Below are positions 1-10,647 of a DNA stretch of 64,000 bases, piece by piece. Source of the stretch: an uncultured Candidatus Binatia bacterium (GTDB lineage Bacteria; Desulfobacterota; Binatia; Bin18); NCBI GenBank assembly GCA_965214605.1, contig OZ243961.1, forward strand, positions 2,240,001-2,304,000, given 5' to 3'. The translations under genes and the position numbers were made by a program. How positions within the stretch are numbered: position 1 is the first letter of the stretch; every line of letters begins with the position of its first letter. Under the pieces are notes generated by a model, which was given only the letters and a program-made list of their open reading frames with translations, did not search any database and was not told the origin of the DNA.

Positions 1-117
1 GCATTCGGAGGAGCAGGGCGGTATGCCCTACGATACACGGGAAAATCCCCCAGGCTTCATCCTCGTTCCTCAACGACAGGACCGTTCGCTCGGGTTAAGA
101 GTAGGTTCGATTGTTCA

Positions 118-3100
118 TTACGTATCGACCCAGCGCTCCAGGAGTGTTCTGGCCTGGTGCAGGTCGGGGGTTTCAAGTCCGGGATCAAACCACCTATATA
201 CCTCAGCGACCAGCTGCCGCGCCTCAGCCGCCCTGTCCTGCGTTTGCCACAACCGACCAAGACTCATCGCTGCCCGTAGCTCCAAAGACTTGGCCGCCTG
301 ACGGCGAGCAATATCGATCGCGCGCTGAAAACATGCTTCGGCGGTGGACGTATGAAGGCCGCGGTGGGTGACCTTTCGTCCTTCGATTTCCTGTGTCAGC
401 AGCCCCTCCCCTTTGCGCCGGTACAGCTCGGCCTCATAAAAGCGTTCCCCGTGTTCCTCAACCGTCCGTAAGGCTTCGTCCAGACTATCTATCCCGTCGG
501 CCACACGTCCGTTGCGTTGCTGGACCTCTGCCAATAGAGACAGAAAATACGGACGCAGCAGCTCCGAGCCGGTCGCACGCCAGGCGGCCAGCCCCTTTTG
601 TAACCGCGCGAATCCGTCGCCGGTCGGCGTTTGCATTGCTGCTGCCCAGCTCTGAAACATCTGCCCCATTGCTAACCAGTGGGGAAAGCCCTGTTCCTGG
701 GACACGGCTATGGCGGCCGTAGCTGCCTCATTGCTGGCCGACAGATCCCCCCGAATCTGGTGCAGCATAGCCGTCCAATTCTGGGCCGCAGCAAGACTGT
801 GGAGGTGGGCGGTGCGTAACGCCTCTTCACACTGTCCTAGGGCCTGGTCAGGATAGCCGAGCAGCCACAGGGTTAGGGCATTGTACAATAGGCACACTAC
901 CTTGGGGTCAGAGCCATAGCGAAAGGCCAGAGTGTGGTGGGTGTCGGGCTGGTAGAGCGCAATCGCGTGTTCAAGATGCTCGCGGGCGAGGCCAAACTCC
1001 CCTAGCCAGAATAAAGTGTTGCCGCACGCCCGGTGGACTTCGATAAGCGAGGCCTGATCGGGCAGGCTGGAGGTCATCGACAGCAGCTGCTCGCCGAGTT
1101 CTCGGGCGGTTTGGAGTTCTCCGCGCATCTCAGAGACGACCCACAGCCCGCGCAGTGCGGAAAACGCGCGGGACGGCTGCCCAATCTGGTCTCCCAGCTC
1201 TTGCGCCCGGACATAGGTGTCTTTGACCTCTTGGTCAGCATAGCCCTTGGTCGCAATCAGCCCAGGTCCACGCGTGGTGTGAAACTCCAACTCCTGCTCG
1301 GCCCGCTCGGCTCCCTCGGGCAGGACTTTGAGCAGGGCCAACCCTTGTCCCAAGTGTTCGAGCGCTTCGACGTAGGCTGAGCGTTCAAATGCGCGTTGAC
1401 CAGCGCGTTTCCAGTAGCTGAGCGCCTCTTCCCGTAAACCCGCCTGGGTATAATGGTGGGCGATCAGTTCGGGCTGTGTCTCGACAGTCTCAGGAAAATG
1501 TTTCTCTAAAACACGGGCAATATGTGCGTGCAACTGGAGGCGGTCGCTTTTGAGCAGGGATTGATACGCCGCGTCCTGGATCAGGGCGTGTTTAAAGACC
1601 CAGCGGGTGTGCGGCGGCTCTCCCCTTTGGGATATAATCTCTGCGGCCCCCAGCTGTTCCAAGCCGTGCTGTAGCGCCTGGTCGTCGAGAGACCACACCA
1701 TCCGGATCACCTCGTGCGGAAAGGCGCGGCCCAGTGCGGCCCCCAGCTGGGCAACTTCTTTGGCCGGGCCGAGCCGATCAAGGCGGGCCATCAACAAGTC
1801 GCGCAGTGTCGTCGGAATAGTCAGTTTTGGCAGAGGGGACTCGGCAGACGAGGACTCGGTCTCCAGCACCATCTTGGTGAGTTCTTCTATAAATAGCGGA
1901 ATGCCGTCGGTCTTATCCAGAACCTGTTGGATAATGTCGGACGCTAAGCTCTGGTCGCCCGTCAGCTCGGCGATCAGCTGGGCGGCCTGGTGGCGTCCGA
2001 GGCGGGCCAGACTGAGATGTTTCATGTGCGGGCGCATGGCCCAGGCTGGCATAAAATCAGACCGAAAGGTCAAGACGACCAGGATACGAGCGCTGGGAGC
2101 CCTATCAATCAGGACTTGGAGCAGGTCTAAGGTCGAGGGGTCGGCCCACTGGATATCCTCCCACACGACCAGCAGAGGGCCTTGGGTGGCCTGATGCAGC
2201 AACCCGCTAACAATGGCCTCTTGGGTGCGCTGCTTTTGGCGCCGAGGGCTTCCCTGCCAGGCCGTGTAGCGATCATCGAGTGGGATGGACAGTAGCGCCG
2301 CGAGCAGAGGGATGACCTCTTGGCTACCAAAAGGGTGACTGGCCAACAAGGTTTCCAGCCTGGAGAGTTTATCGGCAGCCCGCTCCTCCCGCCATGCCTG
2401 GACCTGGCGCTGGAAATACTCGATCTGGGGATAGAAGGCACTGTGTTGGAAGTGGTCTGAGCATCGAAACTCGATCTCGCTACCGCCCTCAGATGGGAGG
2501 CGTTCCTTGAGTTCCTGCACCAAGCGAGATTTTCCGATTCCTGGTTCCCCGGTCATGAGTACCACTTGACCGGAACCGTTTTTGGCCTTGTACCAACTGT
2601 CGAGCAGTACCTCCAGAGTCTCCTGTCGGCCAACCATGGGCGACAGACCGCGCCGAACCGCGACCCGAAAGCGGTCCCATACCCCACTTTCGCGGATGAC
2701 TTGATACACCGCAATTGGCTTAGACAGACCGCGTAGCGGACGTTCGCCAAGCGCCCGCCACTCACACAACCCCTCAACCAGGCGGGCCGTTGCCCCGCTG
2801 ATAACAACTGTATCAGGATGGGCCAGATTTTGCAGACGCGCCGCAATATTCGGGGTCTCGCCCAGCGCCAGCCGTTCGTGCCGACCGCCGCCTCCCATCT
2901 CACCGACCACCACCTGGCCGGTATGAATACCGACCCGCACCCGTACCGGCTGGGCGGCCTGCTTGAGCAGGGGCGAAGTTTGAACTGTCTCAACGATACG
3001 CAGGCCGGATCGCACGGCTTGGATCGCGTCGTCCTCGTGGGCGACTGGATGACCAAAATAGACCAGCAGCCCATCACCTAGGTATTGGGCAATGTAGCCG

Positions 3101-3342
3101 TCAAAGGCGACGACCACTTCTGCGCAAAGCTGCTGGTAGGTTCGGACAACATCGCGCAGCTCCTCCGGGTCCAGCTGTTCGGCAAGGCGGGTTGAACCCA
3201 CCACATCGCAGAACAGCACGGTCAGCTGACGCCGCTCGGCCGCAGGGCCGACCGTCCCGGACACGGGAGACAGGGCGGTTCCGCATTCATCACAAAACTT
3301 GGCCGCCGAGCGATTTCGAGTTCCGCAGCGGAGACAGCGCAT
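118..3342 (-). CDS. Zinc-ribbon / class III adenylate-guanylate cyclase / AAA ATPase / TPR multidomain protein
   Basis: 1074-aa ORF. N-terminal CxxC..CxxC, cyclase motifs (RRQLTVLFCDVVGST, YLGDG, GETPNIAARLQ), Walker A GEPGIGKS, helical repeat C-terminus ending AKSLELRAAMSL. Confidence 0.92.
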   Translation of the reverse strand: MRCLRCGTRNRSAAKFCDECGTALSPVSGTVGPAAERRQLTVLFCDVVGSTRLAEQLDPEELRDVVRTYQQLCAEVVVAFDGYIAQYLGDGLLVYFGHPVAHEDDAIQAVRSGLRIVETVQTSPLLKQAAQPVRVRVGIHTGQVVVGEMGGGGRHERLALGETPNIAARLQNLAHPDTVVISGATARLVEGLCEWRALGERPLRGLSKPIAVYQVIRESGVWDRFRVAVRRGLSPMVGRQETLEVLLDSWYKAKNGSGQVVLMTGEPGIGKSRLVQELKERLPSEGGSEIEFRCSDHFQHSAFYPQIEYFQRQVQAWREERAADKLSRLETLLASHPFGSQEVIPLLAALLSIPLDDRYTAWQGSPRRQKQRTQEAIVSGLLHQATQGPLLVVWEDIQWADPSTLDLLQVLIDRAPSARILVVLTFRSDFMPAWAMRPHMKHLSLARLGRHQAAQLIAELTGDQSLASDIIQQVLDKTDGIPLFIEELTKMVLETESSSAESPLPKLTIPTTLRDLLMARLDRLGPAKEVAQLGAALGRAFPHEVIRMVWSLDDQALQHGLEQLGAAEIISQRGEPPHTRWVFKHALIQDAAYQSLLKSDRLQLHAHIARVLEKHFPETVETQPELIAHHYTQAGLREEALSYWKRAGQRAFERSAYVEALEHLGQGLALLKVLPEGAERAEQELEFHTTRGPGLIATKGYADQEVKDTYVRAQELGDQIGQPSRAFSALRGLWVVSEMRGELQTARELGEQLLSMTSSLPDQASLIEVHRACGNTLFWLGEFGLAREHLEHAIALYQPDTHHTLAFRYGSDPKVVCLLYNALTLWLLGYPDQALGQCEEALRTAHLHSLAAAQNWTAMLHQIRGDLSASNEAATAAIAVSQEQGFPHWLAMGQMFQSWAAAMQTPTGDGFARLQKGLAAWRATGSELLRPYFLSLLAEVQQRNGRVADGIDSLDEALRTVEEHGERFYEAELYRRKGEGLLTQEIEGRKVTHRGLHTSTAEACFQRAIDIARRQAAKSLELRAAMSLGRLWQTQDRAAEARQLVAEVYRWFDPGLETPDLHQARTLLERWVDT

Positions 3343-3417
3343 ACGACCCTCTTCCCAAACGCGTTATGAGATCAAGGGGAACAATGATCTCTTCTTCATG
3401 CCAGTGGTCGCCATTGT

Positions 3418-4572
3418 TCACTTTGCAGGACTGAAAGACGCCGGAGCCAGAAAGCGAGGCAACGCGTAGGCCGTCAGCCCGAGTGAAACCGCCAACAAGA
3501 GAGCCGCCCCAAAAACGTGCAGCTGCTCGGTAACATAGCCACCCAGCCAAGGACCGAGGACAATGCCTATGCTGAAGGCAACATTATAGAAACCAAACGC
3601 CTTGCCAGCTTGGCCGTGGCTTAACCCATCTGCAATGAGGGGCATAGACGGGGCCAGGGCAGCCGACAGCGCGATGATTACACTCAGAGTCAGCACGAAG
3701 AACCATGCTGACTCTAAGGCCAAAAACAGGCTCGGAATCAGCAATGCCGCCGCAACCAGGCCCAGGACCATCGGTTCTTGGCGTCCGCGCCAGTCTGACC
3801 AGACGCCGATCAGCGGTTGAGCAATCAGAGCTGCTGCTCCCCAGGCGGTAAATAACAGGCCGATCTCGCGACGCGACCAGCCGATTTGGGAAAGCTCAAG
3901 CGGAAGGAGCATCTCAATCGCGCCCAGCGCCGCGCAGGAGACTAAAATGACCAAACACGCGCTTGTTAGACGCGACGAGAGGAGTTGCTGCATAGCTGCC
4001 AACGACAGAGGAGCGTCGGGCTCGGCCGTCGTTACGCGAGCCGGGATAATAAAAAAGGCCAGAACGGCCAGGACAAAGGGGAGGACGGCAAAATACCCAA
4101 ACGGCTCACGGGCTTGGCCAAAACTGCCCAGGAGCGGTCCCCCAATCGTCCCCAAACTAAAGGCGATAGGCACGACACTCATTTCCAGGCCCCGTTGGTC
4201 CTTATCAGCCAGGCGGGCGGCCAACGGGAGAGTCGCCGCCCAGGTTGCCGAAGCGGCTGCCCCTTGGGCAAGCCGACACACCAGCAAAGGCCAAAAGCCC
4301 GAGGCCACCGAAAACGCGACTGAGGTCAGGCCCAGCACCAACATTCCAACCGTTAACCACAGACGCTCTCCGACCCGATCGACCGCATAGCCAAAGGGCA
4401 GATAGAGCATGAGGGAGATCAGCCCATACGAGGCGTAAAAGAGACCTGCCCAGGTTTCGGTCAGCCCCAGTTCCTGTACCATGGTTGGCAGGACAGGGAT
4501 AATCAGAGTATAGCCGACCGAGTCGGCAAACATGATGGCGGCGGCAATACCTAAGACGAACCAGCGTGACAT
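3418..4572 (-). CDS. MFS transporter
   Basis: About 12 hydrophobic segments and MFS motif A variants (GYAVDRVGER, GVWSDWRGRQ). Start placed at MSRWFVLG; the longer ORF start overlaps the divergent promoter region. Confidence 0.88.
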   Translation of the reverse strand: MSRWFVLGIAAAIMFADSVGYTLIIPVLPTMVQELGLTETWAGLFYASYGLISLMLYLPFGYAVDRVGERLWLTVGMLVLGLTSVAFSVASGFWPLLVCRLAQGAAASATWAATLPLAARLADKDQRGLEMSVVPIAFSLGTIGGPLLGSFGQAREPFGYFAVLPFVLAVLAFFIIPARVTTAEPDAPLSLAAMQQLLSSRLTSACLVILVSCAALGAIEMLLPLELSQIGWSRREIGLLFTAWGAAALIAQPLIGVWSDWRGRQEPMVLGLVAAALLIPSLFLALESAWFFVLTLSVIIALSAALAPSMPLIADGLSHGQAGKAFGFYNVAFSIGIVLGPWLGGYVTEQLHVFGAALLLAVSLGLTAYALPRFLAPASFSPAK

Positions 4573-4799
4573 CGTACGCGTTCCCTTTGCCCGCCAAGGG
4601 CAAGAGGTCGAACCATCCTCAGCCATATGCCTTTTACTAACGTTCGGCAATGGTGGGCAGGTCAGCCGGCCGTCTATGTGGTCCGGGCCTCCGGCTATCG
4701 CCAGAGTATGATGTCGACTTGGCACAACAAGGAACGTCCTCAGCCTTGCCAGCCGAACGGCGGCATGCCTATATCCATATCGCAGGAGGAGGATTTAGC

Positions 4800-5561
4800 A
4801 TGGAAGGCTTACTGAGCGGAAAAGTCGCGTTAGTCACAGGTGGCGGCTCGGGTATCGGCCGGGCGGCAGCCCTCACGTTTGCCCGGGAAGGAGCTAGGGT
4901 TGTTGTTTCCGATGTGGTGGCCGAGGCCGGCCAAGAGACGGTGCGGCTGATAGGCGAGGCGGGGGGTGAGGCGCGTTTTGTGGCTGCGGATGTGTCACGG
5001 GCGGCCGAGGTTGAGGCCCTGGTCGCCGGCTGTGTTGACGCCTACGGCGGACTCGACTGCGCCTATAATAACGCCGGCATTGAGGGGCCAGGGGCACAAA
5101 CGGTTGACTATGATGAGGCCGCTTGGGAACGGGTAATTGCGATTAACCTGACCGGGGTGTGGTTGTGCATGAAGTATGAGATTCCTGAGATGTTGAAACA
5201 TGGCGGCGGAGCCATCGTGAATACTTCGTCGGCAGCCGGCCTAGTGGGGTTTCGGGGCGGCTCAGCCTACGTCGCCAGCAAACACGGGGTGCTTGGTCTG
5301 ACAAAAACCGCTGCCCTGGAGTATGCAAAATCAAGCCTGCGGATCAATGCCGTGTGTCCCGGCGCAGTTGATACCCCAATGATGGGCCGCATCACCGGCC
5401 ACAAATCGCACCGGGCCGAGCGTATGGCGGCCAGCGAGCCGGTCGGGCGTATGGGCAGTCCCCAAGAAATTGCCGAGGCGGTGATGTGGTTGTGCTCCGA
5501 CGCCGCCTCGTTCGTGACCGGACACGCGATGGCGGTCGATGGCGGGATGGTCGCGCAGTAA
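4800..5561 (+). CDS. Short-chain dehydrogenase/reductase (SDR)
   Basis: TGGGSGIG, NNAG and YVASK motifs; RBS GGAGGAGG upstream of the ATG at 4800. Confidence 0.93.
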   Translation: MEGLLSGKVALVTGGGSGIGRAAALTFAREGARVVVSDVVAEAGQETVRLIGEAGGEARFVAADVSRAAEVEALVAGCVDAYGGLDCAYNNAGIEGPGAQTVDYDEAAWERVIAINLTGVWLCMKYEIPEMLKHGGGAIVNTSSAAGLVGFRGGSAYVASKHGVLGLTKTAALEYAKSSLRINAVCPGAVDTPMMGRITGHKSHRAERMAASEPVGRMGSPQEIAEAVMWLCSDAASFVTGHAMAVDGGMVAQ

Positions 5562-5569
5562 ACAGGTCC

Positions 5570-6373
5570 CTACCTCTGGGCCTGAAGCACCAGCGTCGCA
5601 CAGCCGAGCGCCCAACAGTAGTAGGCGAACGGCGAAAGGCTCCGGGCCCGGGTCAGGCGGATCAGCAGCGGAATGCTAGCGTAACCGACCCCGGCCGCGA
5701 CCAAGGTTCCGAGCGTATAGGACACCACGTCAAGCCTGTTGATGACTTCTTCCCAGTGCGACACGAGCTGTAAGACAAACGCACCGCCCACCGCGGGAAT
5801 TGACAACAAAAACGAATAGCGGACCAACAGCTCACGCTCCAGGCCGAGGAATATTCCGGTTGCAATCGTGCTCCCCGACCGAGATAAACCCGGAATAAGA
5901 GCAAAGCCCTGAGCGAGCCCGATCAGCATTGAGTCACGCACACACATCTCGGTCCGGCCCGGCGGCGGCACCCGGTCGGTGGTAAATAAGAGACCGCCTG
6001 TGACCAGCAGGGCCAGGCTGGCACTGTATGGATCGCTAAACAGAGCTTCAAGGTGTTCACGCAGGCTGAGACCGATGAGCAGAGTCGGGACTGAGCCGGT
6101 TATCAGCAGCCACAGCAGACGCCGGGAAGCCGCGGCCTGAGGATGGTGGGAAGAGACGCACGAGACCGCCAAGAGATACAAGTCGTGCCGAAAATAGATG
6201 CACACCGCCCCCAGGGTGCCCAGATGCAGGGCTGCGTCCAGTAACACGCCTGGTTGAGAGAAGCCCGGAATACAGGTCTGGGCCACCACAAGATGGCCCG
6301 AACTACTGACCGGAAGGAATTCGGTCAAGCCCTGCAGTAGGCCGAGCAACACCACCGGCAGGCTGAAGCCCAC
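5570..6373 (-). CDS. uppP: Undecaprenyl-diphosphate phosphatase (BacA/UppP)
   Basis: QGLTEFLPVSSSGH and PGLSRSGSTI signature motifs; multi-pass membrane protein. Confidence 0.95.
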   Translation of the reverse strand: MGFSLPVVLLGLLQGLTEFLPVSSSGHLVVAQTCIPGFSQPGVLLDAALHLGTLGAVCIYFRHDLYLLAVSCVSSHHPQAAASRRLLWLLITGSVPTLLIGLSLREHLEALFSDPYSASLALLVTGGLLFTTDRVPPPGRTEMCVRDSMLIGLAQGFALIPGLSRSGSTIATGIFLGLERELLVRYSFLLSIPAVGGAFVLQLVSHWEEVINRLDVVSYTLGTLVAAGVGYASIPLLIRLTRARSLSPFAYYCWALGCATLVLQAQR

Positions 6374-6399
6374 AGCCCTTCCCCCCTCAAGTGGAATTT

Positions 6400-7620
6400 T
6401 TAGACCGAAAAGATATGGATAGAAGCCGCGGCGTTCTCTCCACCAAGCACCCCACCCCCATTTTCGGTCAGCCCCACCCGCGCGCCGGACACCTGGCGTT
6501 TATCGGCCTGGCCTCGTAGCTGCCAAAAGATTTCGGCTATCTGGGCCACCCCGGTGGCCCCCACCGGATGGCCCTTGGCCAACAGTCCACCGCTCGGATT
6601 GACCGGCAGCCGGCCCCCCAGAGAGGTGACGCCGTCGGCAATCAGTTGGCCACCCCCGCCAGCTTTGCACAGCCCCAGCTCTTCGTACACGAGTAGCTCA
6701 GCCGGTGCGGTTGCGTCGTGCACCTCAACCACGTCGAGTTCGTCCGGCCCAATCCCGGCCATAGTGTAGGCTTTGTCTGCCACCTTGGCCACGATACCGG
6801 GGGCATGTGGACCGTGCTCTTCGCTCGAGCCAAGCGTAGACGCTCTGACAAAGACTGGCTTGGACGACAGCTGGCGGGCTTTGTTGGCCGTGGTGACAAT
6901 GACCGCAGCCGCCCCATCACCGATCGGTGAACACATCATGCGGGTCAGCGGCTCGGCAATCAGCGGAGCCGCTAAGACTTCTTCGACTGTGCGCGGCGTC
7001 TGATACTGGGCGTGCGGATTCAGGCTCCCGTTGGTATGGTTTTTGGCCGCAATCTGCGCGTAGTGCTCTTTGGTCGTCCCATACTTGGCCATGTGGCGGC
7101 GGGCCAGATTGGCGTAAAAGTCCATAAATACGCTGCGCGACTCCCCCGCTCCGGCACTCTGCTCTCCGCTCATTTCACGCGCAAACGCCTCGGCCTGTTC
7201 GAGATCGATGGCGCTACCAATGGCCTCAAAGGTGCGCCGTTTTTCGGCGTGGAAGAGCTTCTCCATACCCAGCGCTAAGACCGTGTCATACATTCCCGAG
7301 GCGACGTACAACCAGGCCAGATGAAAAGCGGTTGACGAACTCGCACACGCGTTTTCGGTATTAATTACCGGAATGCCGCCGATCCCCATATCGCGCAACA
7401 CCACCTGGCCACGAATACACTCCTGGCCGGTGACCAAGCCGGCCACCGCGTTGCCGACCGCGGCGGCTTGCAGCTCATGCTGTTCGACACCGGCTGTGCG
7501 CAGCGCGTGTTCCACAGCTTCCCGAGCCAGGTTTTTCATACTCCGATTAATATATTTCCCAAAACGGGTCATGCCTGCGCCAATGACCGCGACCTCTCGC
7601 ATACGCACCTCCTCTGTCAC
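6400..7620 (-). CDS. Thiolase family protein (SCP-x/lipid-transfer type)
   Basis: ENACASSS, VEVHDAT and NPSGGLLAKGHPVGATG motifs. Confidence 0.92.
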   Translation of the reverse strand: MTEEVRMREVAVIGAGMTRFGKYINRSMKNLAREAVEHALRTAGVEQHELQAAAVGNAVAGLVTGQECIRGQVVLRDMGIGGIPVINTENACASSSTAFHLAWLYVASGMYDTVLALGMEKLFHAEKRRTFEAIGSAIDLEQAEAFAREMSGEQSAGAGESRSVFMDFYANLARRHMAKYGTTKEHYAQIAAKNHTNGSLNPHAQYQTPRTVEEVLAAPLIAEPLTRMMCSPIGDGAAAVIVTTANKARQLSSKPVFVRASTLGSSEEHGPHAPGIVAKVADKAYTMAGIGPDELDVVEVHDATAPAELLVYEELGLCKAGGGGQLIADGVTSLGGRLPVNPSGGLLAKGHPVGATGVAQIAEIFWQLRGQADKRQVSGARVGLTENGGGVLGGENAAASIHIFSV

Positions 7621-7710
7621 GGAATAATCTGCTCAGTATTCGCCAATCAGCTCCAACATGCTAGGCTGAGTAGTCTAGCAGGCAGGACACCAAAGGCAAA
7701 GGAGACTGGC

Positions 7711-7941
7711 ATGGAAGACGCACTGGCGGTAATGGGGAATTGGATCGGCTTACTCAAGGCTGCCAAGTTTGCCGTGACCGAGGTCAACCGCGACTGTGAG
7801 GAGCGCGTCGCCGCCGGGAGTGCAGAAGCCGAAGACGAGTTCCGTCACGACCTAGATACGGTCTTTGAAGCCCTGAGTGCCCTAATCGTCCGCTTAGAGG
7901 AGCAAACAGAAATCTTGGAAGACGAGTTAGAGGAGGAATGA
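7711..7941 (+). CDS. Small acidic hypothetical protein (76 aa)
   Basis: AGGAGA RBS before the ATG at 7711; helical, Glu/Asp-rich; fills the gap between the thiolase gene and gspK. Confidence 0.6.
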   Translation: MEDALAVMGNWIGLLKAAKFAVTEVNRDCEERVAAGSAEAEDEFRHDLDTVFEALSALIVRLEEQTEILEDELEEE

Positions 7942-7998
7942 GGTCACGACTGCCGGTGATTCTCTATTCCTTGGACGACTTGCGTGTGGATCGCGGCC

Positions 7999-8931
7999 TC
8001 AATCCTGCCAGCGCAGCAGGCGAAAGCGTCCGGTTCCAATCCGTTCGACAACGCCCGCCACCCGTCGCGTCACCTTACTTGCATTCAGGGACCCCACACT
8101 CTCAATCGTCATCATGGTCGGTGGACTTAAACTTCCTGGACTCTGACCATAGGCGACTAGCAGGCTTGCCGCGTCGGGCCCGGACATCTCGGCCCGCTGC
8201 CGGGCAAGCTGCTCGGCTTCCTCGACTCCAACGCCTAAAATCGTCTGCAAGACCAGCGGACCGGCCGTCATCAGGTTGACCCTCCCTGCCCCATACACCG
8301 TGAAGACCTCAGCCAAAACGTGCTCGTACAACTGGGAGCTGACCCCGCGTACCAGCAGCAGTTCGTCCGGGGTATCAAACGGGCCGTCCTTGGCCGGGTA
8401 GGACAGCGGCAAGCTTAAGTAATAGTCACTTTCGACCCCGTTTAAGCGCTCTAAAGGATCTGGGTCGCGCCAGTCCAAAATAGCGTCGGCCAACTCCTGC
8501 CCCTGTTCGGGCTCAAAGTCAAGGTGGGTAAAAACCTCCCGTAGGACAGCCTCCTCAACAGTGTTTATATTGATCTTGCCGCTCTCATCGCTGACCCGGA
8601 CTCGATACCCACCTGCGCCAAATGCTTCGCTGACCCAGCGGCCGTCCCCCCGTAGCCATATTCCGACCGGATCAACCTGAGCCGACGGATCAAGCGCCTC
8701 CGGAGTATTCGCAACATCCTCTCCCAGCTGAACCGCCTGCAGGACAGCATGCAGTGCCCGATGAAAGCCAGCCTGGGCCAGATAATACGCCTGGATTTCC
8801 CGCTCATGGGTTAGGGCTGTCAGCGCCTCAATCCGCATCGTGTGTGAGAGCTCGAAGGACAACACCATCAGCGCCATCAGCGCCCACAACACAACGACTA
8901 GGATGAAGCCCCGCTCGTTTTTCATGCGCAT
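7999..8931 (-). CDS. gspK: Type II secretion minor pseudopilin GspK
   Basis: ERG|FILVVVLW prepilin-like N-terminus; DESGKININ, ILDWRDPD and KDGPFDTPDELLLVRG motifs. Confidence 0.92.
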   Translation of the reverse strand: MRMKNERGFILVVVLWALMALMVLSFELSHTMRIEALTALTHEREIQAYYLAQAGFHRALHAVLQAVQLGEDVANTPEALDPSAQVDPVGIWLRGDGRWVSEAFGAGGYRVRVSDESGKININTVEEAVLREVFTHLDFEPEQGQELADAILDWRDPDPLERLNGVESDYYLSLPLSYPAKDGPFDTPDELLLVRGVSSQLYEHVLAEVFTVYGAGRVNLMTAGPLVLQTILGVGVEEAEQLARQRAEMSGPDAASLLVAYGQSPGSLSPPTMMTIESVGSLNASKVTRRVAGVVERIGTGRFRLLRWQD

Positions 8932-8939
8932 TCCCGCCT

Positions 8940-9596
8940 CTACCGCTGGGGACTCGCCCGCAGCTCAGAGGGAGCGGTGCGAACCTGAATCGGAACCTCC
9001 AACTGCCAGTCCAGGGGCAGCTGGCCGAGCTGGGCGCGCCAAACGCAGCGGATTGCCCTGGGCAAACGACGATACTCTTGGCCATCCCATTCGTCGGTCC
9101 ACTCTTGTTGGGCCTGGATCTGCCCGAAATAGCTCCAACTCAGCTCTTCCACCTGGGAAAGAAGCCGAGTTTCCTGCACCACACCGCCCTCAACATCGTC
9201 TATCAAGTCGGCGGGCAAGACGGGAGCAGTAGTGCGCACCCACAGGCTGACATTCCCGTCTTCTTCTTTGAGGAAATACGTAATTTTACTCAGCCCGCCA
9301 ACTTCGGCTCGCCCGTCTCCAGAGATAAAACTCAGTTCCTGAGATCCGCCAAAAAAATAGACAATAGTCTCATCTTCGACCTGGAGGGTGAGCGGATAGG
9401 CCGATTTGAGCTGACGGGTCAGGAGCGACAGCGCCGCCCGAGCGCGTTGATTATCAAACGCCCGCGTTGTTCCCCGCACGGCAGATTCGGCTCCGATATT
9501 GAGAGCAGCGTAGACCGCCACAATGATCAGGCTAAAGATGGTCAGGCTGATCATCAGCTCTAGGAGGGTAAACCCACCTGCCGCCGAGCGCCTCAC
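8940..9596 (-). CDS. gspJ: Type II secretion minor pseudopilin GspJ
   Basis: G|FTLLELMI N-methylation site; C-terminal W..EW...LPRAI; position between gspI and gspK. Confidence 0.85.
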   Translation of the reverse strand: MRRSAAGGFTLLELMISLTIFSLIIVAVYAALNIGAESAVRGTTRAFDNQRARAALSLLTRQLKSAYPLTLQVEDETIVYFFGGSQELSFISGDGRAEVGGLSKITYFLKEEDGNVSLWVRTTAPVLPADLIDDVEGGVVQETRLLSQVEELSWSYFGQIQAQQEWTDEWDGQEYRRLPRAIRCVWRAQLGQLPLDWQLEVPIQVRTAPSELRASPQR

Positions 9597-10087
9597 CGCT
9601 CCGGATCTCCGACCATATCTGTGTCCAACCCCGCCTCAATCTCTTCGGTGAGCGCGCGCAGAGAGCGCAGGACAAAGACTTTGGGCTGAGAATATTCCTG
9701 CCACCCGATCCGTACCTCAATCTCTTTGAGATGCAGAAAATCCCCAGGACTCTCCTCCGCGGAGCGCAGGTAGTCATCTGCGTCATCCGGAGAGATCTCC
9801 CGGACCCGGGCTTGCCAGGTATAGCCGTTGGGCAATGCTCCACCCTGTTCGCCATCTTCAAGGACGGCTTGGGCAAAGAGTCGATCCATCATATTTTGTC
9901 CATACAGCGCCGCCTGAGTGCGGTAGGAGGCTTTGCCGCCGAGCCGCACGCTCCCGGCAAAGAGTTCCAGGACGGTCACAAGACCAACCGCCAATATCAT
10001 CAGGGCGACCATAACTTCGAGCAGAGTGAAACCAGCCTGCGCGGGCGTCTGCCGAGCACTAGCCCGCGTGCAGCGTGACGTATCCAT
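9593..10087 (-). CDS. gspI: Type II secretion minor pseudopilin GspI
   Basis: G|FTLLEVMVAL prepilin motif; synteny. Confidence 0.8.
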   Translation of the reverse strand: MDTSRCTRASARQTPAQAGFTLLEVMVALMILAVGLVTVLELFAGSVRLGGKASYRTQAALYGQNMMDRLFAQAVLEDGEQGGALPNGYTWQARVREISPDDADDYLRSAEESPGDFLHLKEIEVRIGWQEYSQPKVFVLRSLRALTEEIEAGLDTDMVGDPER

Positions 10088-10094
10088 ACCGAAC

Positions 10095-10577
10095 TCAGCC
10101 TCCTGCGCGGTGTATGCTGACCGTGCCCAGGAGCGGGTCGAGGGTCACGATAAAGACCACCTCAGAGCCCGTGTCTTGTCCATCCCGATTCTGCTCGATC
10201 CGAATTTCTCCTCCGGAATTTGTCCCGTCCGGATAAAAACGAAACTCCACTTCCTCCTCCTCACCCAACCACCGACCGGAGGCCGATAAGAGGCCGTCCC
10301 GAGGTGCCACCTCGACCACTCTGTCGCTGCCTTGGTGCCAATAGGTGTTGCTACGTGGAGCCACGACAAAGACCTGCTGTTGGGCGCGCTGGACCGCATA
10401 GATACGCATCAGGCTGAGCGCTGAACGCAGCCGCCCAGCGGTCTGCTGGAGATCTCCCCGGTTCAGTCGCTGGCTGACCATCGGCATCGCCAAGCCAACG
10501 GTGACGGCCATGATCAATACGACTAGGAGCAGTTCCAGGAAGCTAAATCCGGCGGGGTGTTTCCCAATAGAACGCAT
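10095..10577 (-). CDS. gspH: Type II secretion minor pseudopilin GspH
   Basis: G|FSFLELLLV prepilin motif; FYPDGTNSGG typical of GspH/FimT. Confidence 0.85.
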   Translation of the reverse strand: MRSIGKHPAGFSFLELLLVVLIMAVTVGLAMPMVSQRLNRGDLQQTAGRLRSALSLMRIYAVQRAQQQVFVVAPRSNTYWHQGSDRVVEVAPRDGLLSASGRWLGEEEEVEFRFYPDGTNSGGEIRIEQNRDGQDTGSEVVFIVTLDPLLGTVSIHRAGG

Positions 10578-10647
10578 CGTACAGGACTCGGCTTGTCCTT
10601 ATTACCGCTTCAGGAGTGAGACACCCGGAGGTCGAACAGGAGTCGTC

